Positions 57,463 to 64,000 of a DNA stretch of 64,000 nt are shown here, in pieces. Location of the stretch: positions 512,001 through 576,000 of the forward strand of contig OZ255842.1 of assembly GCA_965277805.1 (NCBI GenBank), in the 5' to 3' direction. This DNA is from Candidatus Lustribacter sp. (GTDB lineage: Bacteria > Vulcanimicrobiota > Vulcanimicrobiia > Vulcanimicrobiales > Vulcanimicrobiaceae). Numbering within the stretch: the stretch's first letter is position 1; the number at the start of each line of letters is the position of its first letter. The position numbers and the translations under genes are program-made. The notes under the pieces were generated by a model. The model made no database searches, had not been told where the DNA came from, and saw nothing but the letters and a program-made list of their open reading frames with translations.

Positions 57463-58958
57463 ACACCGTGGTGCTGAAGAACGCGCACGTCATCGACCCG
57501 GCCAACGATCGCAACGGCGTGATGGACGTGGCGATCGACGACGGCACGATCTCGTCGGTCGGTGCCGCTGCGGTGCCCGCGGGCGCAGAGATCATCGATC
57601 TCGCCGGCGCGTATCTCTCGCCCGGCTGGATCGACGCGCACGTGCACGCGTACGGAACGCTCGGTTTTGCCGATCCGGACAGCATCGGGGTCTACCAGGG
57701 CGTGACGACGTTCGTCGAAGCCGGCGGACCGGGTGTCGGCACGCTCGATGAGTTCATCGCGACGATGGCGGACCGTACGCTGACGAGCCTCTACGCGGGC
57801 GTGTACATCCGGCCGCTTGGAATCATCGGGCTGACGTTCATCGAAGACGACGTGCGCAATTGGCTCGACGTACCGGTGGAGCGCTGGATCGATACGGTCG
57901 CGCAGCATCGCGATCTCATCCGGTATCTCAAGATCGGCGCGTTCGCGAAGTACGGACCGGGCCCGCTGAAGCTCGCCAAGGGGCTGGCCGAGACGCTCGA
58001 CGTCCCGCTGTACTGCCACATCGGCGAATTCGCGGCGACGACCGGCGAAGTGGGCTCGCACGACATCTTCCGCATCGCCGAGGCCGGCGACATGATCACG
58101 CATCTCTACAACCGCAACCTCGGCGGCGTGCTCGATGACGACGGCCGCGTGCGCGACGTCGTCTGGGAGGCGCACAAGCGCGGCGTGCTCTTCGACATCG
58201 GCTTCGGCGGTTACAACTTCTCGTGGGACGTTGCCGAACGCGCGTACGCCCAGGGTCTCGTGCCGCACTTGATCAGTTCCGACCTGCAGCAATTCAACGT
58301 CACGGGTCCGGTATTTTCGCTAGCTAACGTGCTCGCCGTGTTCCTGCGGCTCGGCATGCCGCTGCGCGACGTGATCGCGTGCGTGACGGCCAACCCGGCC
58401 CGCGCGTTGCGGCTGACCGATCGCGCCGGCAGCTTGCGCGCGGGAGCGCCGGCGGATATCACGGTGTTCCGGGTGGTGGACGAAGCGGTCACGCTGGCCG
58501 ATTGTCATTCGGTGACGCGCACGGGCGATCGCGTCGTTCGTCCGGTGATGACGTACAAGAACGGCGTGCGCGTGGATGCCGACCTGGAACGCTGCCAGGA
58601 TGAAGCGAATTGGTTCATGCAGGTGCTCGACGAGCGCTGGCCCGCGGCCGCACACACGTTTTCAGATCGGCAACGCGCATTTCTGCGCGCACTGGTACCC
58701 GAACTCGAAGGGATCGACTGGCACTTGGAATCTGCGAAACAGCAAGACATCCGCACGGCGACGCGCCTGCAAGCCGCCGTGCACGCGGCGAAAGACCGTA
58801 CGGGCTTGAGTTTGCGCGAGACGCTTGCGACCGTGTACGGCTCTTTCATCGAGCAGCCGTTCTCGATCCAGGTCGGGCTCTTTCTGCTCCGGATCGAGCG
58901 CGCGTTCGCGCTCGAACGCATGCGCGAGATCGGTGCGAGCTCGGTGGTGCCCGTATGA
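57459..58958 (+). CDS. Dihydroorotase/deacetylase-like metallo-amidohydrolase with an extra C-terminal helical domain
   Basis: VIDPAN, SPGWIDAHVH, GVTTFVEAG, YLK, CHIG, ITH, ISSD, VTANPA, G.PADITV; about 120 aa C-terminal extension. Confidence 0.85.
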   Translation: MNTVVLKNAHVIDPANDRNGVMDVAIDDGTISSVGAAAVPAGAEIIDLAGAYLSPGWIDAHVHAYGTLGFADPDSIGVYQGVTTFVEAGGPGVGTLDEFIATMADRTLTSLYAGVYIRPLGIIGLTFIEDDVRNWLDVPVERWIDTVAQHRDLIRYLKIGAFAKYGPGPLKLAKGLAETLDVPLYCHIGEFAATTGEVGSHDIFRIAEAGDMITHLYNRNLGGVLDDDGRVRDVVWEAHKRGVLFDIGFGGYNFSWDVAERAYAQGLVPHLISSDLQQFNVTGPVFSLANVLAVFLRLGMPLRDVIACVTANPARALRLTDRAGSLRAGAPADITVFRVVDEAVTLADCHSVTRTGDRVVRPVMTYKNGVRVDADLERCQDEANWFMQVLDERWPAAAHTFSDRQRAFLRALVPELEGIDWHLESAKQQDIRTATRLQAAVHAAKDRTGLSLRETLATVYGSFIEQPFSIQVGLFLLRIERAFALERMREIGASSVVPV

Positions 58959-59794
58959 CCGCCACGGCGACGATTCCGCCGAGCAAGTACGCCGAGATCG
59001 GCGACGGCCTTCGCATTCACTATCACGAGGTCGGAAATGGCCCGGCGCTGATCTGTCTGCACGGTGCGGGCCCCGGCGCGACGGCATGGAGCAATTTCCA
59101 GGGCAACCTCGCCGCGCTCGCGGCGAACCATCGCGTGTATCTCGTGGACATGCCGCAATTCGGCAAGTCCAGCAAGCCCGTCATCACCGGACCGCGCCTG
59201 ACCGCGTTCACCGGCATGATCGAGGCCTTCATGCGCTCCGCCGGGATCGAGCGCGCTGATTTTATCGGCAACTCGTTCGGCGGTCAGGTGTCGCTGAAGA
59301 TGGCGATCGACTTTCCGGACCGCGTGAATCGCGTCGTGATCATCGGCAGCACGCCGGTTGCGATCAGCGCGATCTCGCCGATGCCTGCCGAAGGCGTGCG
59401 CCTCATCGCCAATTACTATCGCGGCGAAGGCCCGTCGCTCGAAAAGCTGCGTTATCTACTCTCAACGCTCGTCTACGATGCGAGCAATCTCAGCGAGAGC
59501 GTGTTGAAGGAGCGCTACGAAACGAGCCTCGATCCCGAGTTGATCAAGGTGAATACGGGGCCGCGACCGGAGTACGAAGACCTGACGATGGAGTTCAAGC
59601 GCATCAAGGCGCCGACGCTGATCGTCTGGGGCGCCGAGGATCGCGCCGGCCCGATCGACGTGGCGCTCTTCATGGTCCGCGCGATTCCGAATGCCCGCAT
59701 GCACGTGTTCAATAAGTGCGGCCACTGGGCGCAAGTCGAGTGCGTCGATGAATTCAACGAGCTGGTGCTCGCGTTTTTCAACCGCCCGGCATGA
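58955..59794 (+). CDS. Meta-cleavage product C-C hydrolase (BphD/MhpC/CarC/HsaD family)
   Basis: LHGAGPGATAWSNF, GNSFGG, WGAEDR, CGHWAQVE. Confidence 0.9.
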   Translation: MTATATIPPSKYAEIGDGLRIHYHEVGNGPALICLHGAGPGATAWSNFQGNLAALAANHRVYLVDMPQFGKSSKPVITGPRLTAFTGMIEAFMRSAGIERADFIGNSFGGQVSLKMAIDFPDRVNRVVIIGSTPVAISAISPMPAEGVRLIANYYRGEGPSLEKLRYLLSTLVYDASNLSESVLKERYETSLDPELIKVNTGPRPEYEDLTMEFKRIKAPTLIVWGAEDRAGPIDVALFMVRAIPNARMHVFNKCGHWAQVECVDEFNELVLAFFNRPA

Positions 59795-60120
59795 ATGCAG
59801 CCGGATCGTGGGAACGGCTGGAGATCGATCCGAGCTCGGCCACGTTTCCGGCGCCGGCGACCGTTGCCGGCGAACCGATTTGGGTGTTTGCGGTGGGCGA
59901 CGGCTTCCGCGGCGTGCAAGAGATGTGCCCGCACGAACGGCGCAGCTTGGGTGAAGCGCGGCTGGTGGGCGACGCGAAGATGGTGCGCTGTGCATACCAC
60001 AACTACACCTTCAAGCTGAGCAACGGCGGCGGCGTGAACTGCCCCGGCTTTCGCATCGCCGTGTACGCGATCAAAGAAGAAGACGGCGCGCTGTTCGCGC
60101 AGCCCGTACCGGCTAGCTGA
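59791..60120 (+). CDS. Stand-alone Rieske [2Fe-2S] protein
   Basis: CPH-x18-CAYH; 109 aa; ATGA overlap with the hydrolase. Confidence 0.88.
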   Translation: MNAAGSWERLEIDPSSATFPAPATVAGEPIWVFAVGDGFRGVQEMCPHERRSLGEARLVGDAKMVRCAYHNYTFKLSNGGGVNCPGFRIAVYAIKEEDGALFAQPVPAS

Positions 60121-61465
60121 GAATCTCCCACACGGCGGCGGCGCGCGCGAACAACTCGGCATCGCGATCGTGAAAGCCCAGCAATTGCAGGCCGAGCGGC
60201 AGCGATTCGGTTTCCAGCAGCGGTAACGACAGTGCGGGGATGCCGAGCAGGCTGCCCGGCACGACGAACGCCGGCTCGCCGGTCCACTCGAGGCCGACCG
60301 GCGCGGGGCCGGGCGCGCTCAACGAGATCGCGCCGTCGCAGACGGCCGAGAGGCGGCCGTAGAGCGCGCGGATCTCGTCGCGCCGCGCGATGTTCGCCTG
60401 GTACTCCTCGAGCGTCGTGGATTCCGCGATCGCGAGGCGCTCTTGCATCGCCGGGCTGAGCTTCGCGTAATCCATATCGTGCGCGAACGTGTTGAGCGGC
60501 CAGCGGAATTCCCAATTGTTGATCCGCGCGGAGAGCGCCCGCGATTCGGGCAGCGCGGCCTCGAGTTTCGCGACGCGGCTGCTGTTGTGGCGGTCGACGA
60601 TCGTGATGCCGGCGTTGCGCAGCATGCCGATGGCGACGTTGAGTTTGCCTTTGGCGTCTTCGCTCGCGAGCTCCCAGCCCGGCGTCTCGAGTAACGCGAG
60701 CGTTGCGGGCTTGCGCGCCGGCGGCGGCCGCAGCGGTCCGCGCACGCCGGGAAAGCCGGGGTCGCCACCCGCGCGGGCGACGATCTCGTGCACCACGAGC
60801 CACGCATCTTCGAGCGTGGCCGCAAGCACGCCGTGCGTGCTCTGGCTCTGATAGTCTACCGCGCCGCCGCGATTGATGCCGCCGACCGTCGGCTTATAGC
60901 CGACGCAACCGCAATAGCTCGCCGGTCGCAGAATCGATCCGATGACTTGCGTGCCGAGCGCGGCGCACAACATCCCCGAACCGACCGCCGCCGCCGAACC
61001 GCTGCTCGAACCGCCGGGCGTCCGCGTGAGGTCCCACGGGTTGTGCGTTTTGCCGGCCACGATCGACGCGAGCTCGGTGGTGACCGTCTTGCCGACGATT
61101 ACTGCGCCCGCCTCACGCAGTGCCGCAACGCTCGCGGCATCGCGGCCGCTGCGATAGCCGGTGAAGAGCGGCGAGCCCATGCCGGTCGGCATGTCGGCCG
61201 TCTCGATGATGTCTTTGACGCCGAACGGGATGCCGTCGATCGACGACCTCGGCGTACCGTCGCGATAGCGCTGCGTCGCTGCATCGGCGCTCGCGCGGGC
61301 GCGGTCGAGATCGATGTACTCGAAGGCTTGCACATCGCGGTTGATCGCGTCGATGACCGCGATGCAACGCTCAAGTAACTCGCGCGGCGAGTCGGATCCC
61401 GCGGCGAAGGCCGCCGCGGCGGTGTGAAAGGGACGAACGGCCGGACGTACAGGCATCACGTCCAT
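60113..61465 (-). CDS. Amidase signature family protein
   Basis: GIPFGVKD, GKTVTTE, NPWD..RTPGGSSSGSAAAV, GSILRPASYCG, LPLGLQL. Confidence 0.92.
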   Translation of the reverse strand: MDVMPVRPAVRPFHTAAAAFAAGSDSPRELLERCIAVIDAINRDVQAFEYIDLDRARASADAATQRYRDGTPRSSIDGIPFGVKDIIETADMPTGMGSPLFTGYRSGRDAASVAALREAGAVIVGKTVTTELASIVAGKTHNPWDLTRTPGGSSSGSAAAVGSGMLCAALGTQVIGSILRPASYCGCVGYKPTVGGINRGGAVDYQSQSTHGVLAATLEDAWLVVHEIVARAGGDPGFPGVRGPLRPPPARKPATLALLETPGWELASEDAKGKLNVAIGMLRNAGITIVDRHNSSRVAKLEAALPESRALSARINNWEFRWPLNTFAHDMDYAKLSPAMQERLAIAESTTLEEYQANIARRDEIRALYGRLSAVCDGAISLSAPGPAPVGLEWTGEPAFVVPGSLLGIPALSLPLLETESLPLGLQLLGFHDRDAELFARAAAVWEILS

Positions 61466-61471
61466 CGTTCG

Positions 61472-62095
61472 TTAGTACGGCGGGGTAAGCCCGTCTTTGC
61501 CGACTTGGATCGAGCTCGTCGTGAGGTTGCCGTCGGCGCCGGGAACTGCGCCGAAGATGAGGACGTGCGCCCCCACGGTGAGCGCGGACTTATCGGCGGG
61601 CTCGAAGGTAACGACGGGTACATTTGAGGGAACGAAGACCTTCTTCTCCGTGTCCTTGTATTTCACAATCATCGTCTGACCCGAAACCTTATCTACGGTC
61701 TCCGGCGCGATGGTCGTGACCGTGGCATTGGTCATCGAACTGTTGGGAAGCGAATCCCACTTTTGGCTGCCTTCGCCGGCTCCGCGACTCGCCTCGAGGA
61801 AAATCTGCACTTCGGTTGCGCGCAGCGAACCGTCCGGTTGCGCGATTGCAACCGTTCCGACGTAGGTGTTCGGCCCGATTTTCGATAGGTCCGATTTGAC
61901 GACGTATTGGATGCGCGCGTTGTCGGGTAGCGTGACCTTGTAGGACGATGCCGCACCCTGAATGGTTACCACGCCGCCGGCGAATGACGTAATCGTGCCG
62001 CGAACGCGGACGGGTGCGGGAGCTTGTGCAAACGCAGCCGCCCCAAAGGCGACCGTGAGCATCAAGGCTGAGAGAAGTGAAGCAATGCGAGACAT
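61472..62095 (-). CDS. Secreted hypothetical protein (DUF5666/OB-fold-like)
   Basis: Signal peptide; RVRGTI, QPDGSLRATEVQIF, GEG...WD....SMTNATV, KDGLTPP. Confidence 0.75.
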   Translation of the reverse strand: MSRIASLLSALMLTVAFGAAAFAQAPAPVRVRGTITSFAGGVVTIQGAASSYKVTLPDNARIQYVVKSDLSKIGPNTYVGTVAIAQPDGSLRATEVQIFLEASRGAGEGSQKWDSLPNSSMTNATVTTIAPETVDKVSGQTMIVKYKDTEKKVFVPSNVPVVTFEPADKSALTVGAHVLIFGAVPGADGNLTTSSIQVGKDGLTPPY

Positions 62096-62175
62096 ACAAA
62101 TTTCCATTCTACGGCCGAGCGCGGAGCACTGCCGTTGACGCGATTGCTGTGAAAACCTGAGAAAAGACTGAAAGA

Positions 62176-62802
62176 TCAGCCGCGTTCCCCGAGCCACGCA
62201 GCGATATCGGCGATCTCACGGCGCGAAATGCTATGATCGATCGGGTAGGTATGCTCGCTGAGGTCGGCGCCGCTGCGATCGCGCAGATACTGTAGCGACT
62301 GCGCAATACGATCGGGCGGGATGACGCCGTCAAACGAACCGTGGGCCACGAAGACAGGCACGCCCGCAAGACGATCGGGCGTTGCCGTTCCGGTGTCGAC
62401 GGCGATCGAGCCGCTCAAGAGAACGGCGCCGGCAAGCCGTGCCGGGTCGTCGAGCAGCAGTGCAGCGGCCGTCATCATCCCTTGGCTGAAGCCGAGCACG
62501 AAGGTGCGCTTGCGGTCGTACTCGGCAGTCGCGGGGCTGTCGAGCCACGTGCGCAGCATGTCGACCGTGCTCTGTATGCTCGCGGGGACCGGGCGTCCGA
62601 TACCGCGATCTTCGAACCAGCGGTAGCCGCCTTCCGGCAGCGCGATGGGACCGCGCACGCTTGCGTAGGCAAACTCGCGCGGAAGTTCCGGCGCAAGATC
62701 GATCAGATCGTTCTCGTCCGCGCCACGCCCGTGCAGCAAAACCAGAAGCGGCGTAGAGTTGCTGCGCCTCGCGGGTCGGCGCCAGACGACGATGGGTTCC
62801 AT
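62176..62802 (-). CDS. Phospholipase/carboxylesterase (alpha/beta hydrolase)
   Basis: LLHGRGADE, GFSQG, HGSFDGVI, IDHSIS; SD AAGGAG. Confidence 0.9.
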   Translation of the reverse strand: MEPIVVWRRPARRSNSTPLLVLLHGRGADENDLIDLAPELPREFAYASVRGPIALPEGGYRWFEDRGIGRPVPASIQSTVDMLRTWLDSPATAEYDRKRTFVLGFSQGMMTAAALLLDDPARLAGAVLLSGSIAVDTGTATPDRLAGVPVFVAHGSFDGVIPPDRIAQSLQYLRDRSGADLSEHTYPIDHSISRREIADIAAWLGERG

Positions 62803-62856
62803 AGCGTCTCCTTCGCCCTCCGATCGGAAGACATCCCGTGGTAGCTGCTGGAGGCC

Positions 62857-62891
62857 TTGACACTTTGTGTCCTTGAACGATACATTGTATC
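62857..62891 (+). promoter_or_regulatory. Sigma70-type promoter overlapped by two palindromic operator boxes
   Basis: TTGACA 62857-62862, N18, TACATT 62881-62886; palindromes GACAC-TTT-GTGTC 62859-62871 and GATAC-ATT-GTATC 62879-62891. Confidence 0.65.
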
Positions 62892-62969
62892 ATCTCCACG
62901 TCTGCTCTGCCGAAGGGGAACACCTGTGATCGACCAGCTAGCCGGCAGGCTGGCCTTCGCCGAGGCCCA

Positions 62970-63536
62970 TTGAGCACGCCGGCCGCAAGCGCGCCAAGTG
63001 AGCTCGACGGCGTCGCCCGCCGCATTCATGCGATGCGCCGTCAGAGGAAATTTAGCTTGGACGATCTGGCCAAGCGCACCGGCCTGACCAAAAGCTTCCT
63101 CTCGAAGATCGAGCGCGGTGTCAGCATCCCGTCGATCGCAACCATCCTGAAGCTCGCGCAGGCGTTTGATGTCGATGTCGCTCATGTTTTCGGCCACGCC
63201 GTCGAAAGCGAGAGCATCTGCATCGAGCGAGCGCGCGCGTCGAAAAAGAGCGGCGGGCGCCTGAATCTCCTCCCGATCGCCGGTAAGCGGGCGCAGAAGA
63301 ACATGTCCCCGTTCATCATGTACCCCACCCCGGAAGGCGAGGAGCGCTTCAACGAACATGCTGGCGAGGAATTTCTCTATGTGCTGCGCGGGGAGATCGA
63401 GATGGAGTTCGCCGACCGCAAGGTGCGGCTGAAAGCCGGCGACAGTATTTATTTCGAAGGTCATCTCCTCCACCGCCAACGGTCGATCGGCGCCGACGCT
63501 GCGACCCTAATCGTTATCGAAGGGACGAATTCGTAA
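62970..63536 (+). CDS. XRE-family HTH + cupin transcriptional regulator (PuuR/SutR-like)
   Basis: SLDDLAKRTGLTKSFLSKIERG..PSI, HAGEEFLYVLRG, GDSIYF...H. Confidence 0.9.
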   Translation: MSTPAASAPSELDGVARRIHAMRRQRKFSLDDLAKRTGLTKSFLSKIERGVSIPSIATILKLAQAFDVDVAHVFGHAVESESICIERARASKKSGGRLNLLPIAGKRAQKNMSPFIMYPTPEGEERFNEHAGEEFLYVLRGEIEMEFADRKVRLKAGDSIYFEGHLLHRQRSIGADAATLIVIEGTNS

Positions 63537-63747
63537 TGGGGCATCAGCTTGCTCACGACGTACGGAGCGTCACGCTTCGTCATCGCCGATCCGTCGGGCT
63601 GTGGCTGGTCCGCGCGATTGATGCCCCTCAGCGGCTAGAGCCGATGCGACCGTTTCTGATGGAACGCTCCCCGCAGATCGAGCCTACCGAGTATGCCGAC
63701 GATCGGGCTCGCGGAACGAGCTCGCCCTTGGACCTGGCGTTCTGGTA

Positions 63748-64000
63748 ATGATAAGCGCGCCGTTCGGCGATCTGCTCAAGCGACATCGGCTCGCGTCCGG
63801 CGAATCGCAGGAGAGCCTCGCGGAACGGGCTCGGATGAGCGCGGAAGCGATCAGCGCGTTGGAACGCGGTGTCCGCCGAGCGCCCTACCGCCAAACGGTC
63901 ACCACGCTCTCGAGTGCGCTCGGCCTCGCCCCCGCACAACAAGCGGAATTCGAAGTTGCCGCAGAGCGCGCACGACGTCGCGGATCTCGCTCCGACGAGC
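63748..64000 (+). CDS. XRE-family HTH protein, 3' partial (possibly N-terminus of an HTH-ATPase-TPR regulator)
   Basis: Manual translation: MISAPFGDLLKRHRLASGESQESLAERARMSAEAISALERGVRRAPYRQTV; runs off the window. Confidence 0.8.
   Translation, partial: MISAPFGDLLKRHRLASGESQESLAERARMSAEAISALERGVRRAPYRQTVTTLSSALGLAPAQQAEFEVAAERARRRGSRSDE

Noticed and set aside
57459-58958. Housekeeping pyrC dihydroorotase
   Set aside because: Has HVHAY rather than HxHxR, lies in a catabolic operon and carries an extra domain.
60113-61465. gatA
   Set aside because: No gatB/gatC; generic amidase-signature features.

Overview
High-GC, very gene-dense bacterial window with about 62 CDS. I found no rRNA, tRNA, CRISPR array or transposase. 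The style of the hypothetical lipoprotein, the REC-GAF-GAF-GGDEF protein and the many orphan solute-binding proteins suggests Ca. Eremiobacterota/Vulcanimicrobiota; this is inference only. Content is dominated by catabolism of aromatic and heterocyclic compounds: a LigZ/DesZ-like extradiol dioxygenase, two intact Rieske oxygenases, a VOC dioxygenase, luciferase-like monooxygenases, amidohydrolases, esterases, a CoxL-like molybdoenzyme, a TauD dioxygenase and two MetE-like single-domain proteins. Nine ABC solute-binding proteins have no permease or ATPase in the window. A few housekeeping-type genes are present (purU, PPi-dependent PFK, ctpA, CPA1 antiporter, Suv3-like helicase). The best candidate for a new system is the four-gene operon at 56572-60120. 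It encodes a CarAa/OxoO-like oxygenase whose Rieske [2Fe-2S] subdomain is cleanly deleted while the mononuclear Fe site is kept, a dihydroorotase-like amidohydrolase fused to what looks like a class I LysRS/GluRS anticodon-binding domain, a meta-cleavage hydrolase and a stand-alone Rieske protein. Also notable: an alpha/beta-hydrolase::aspartate dehydrogenase fusion, probable non-canonical start codons, leaderless-type promoters including a recurrent GGGTA-N10/11-ATG, and a structured intergenic element at 33739-33878. All family assignments come from motif recognition by eye; no searches were run.
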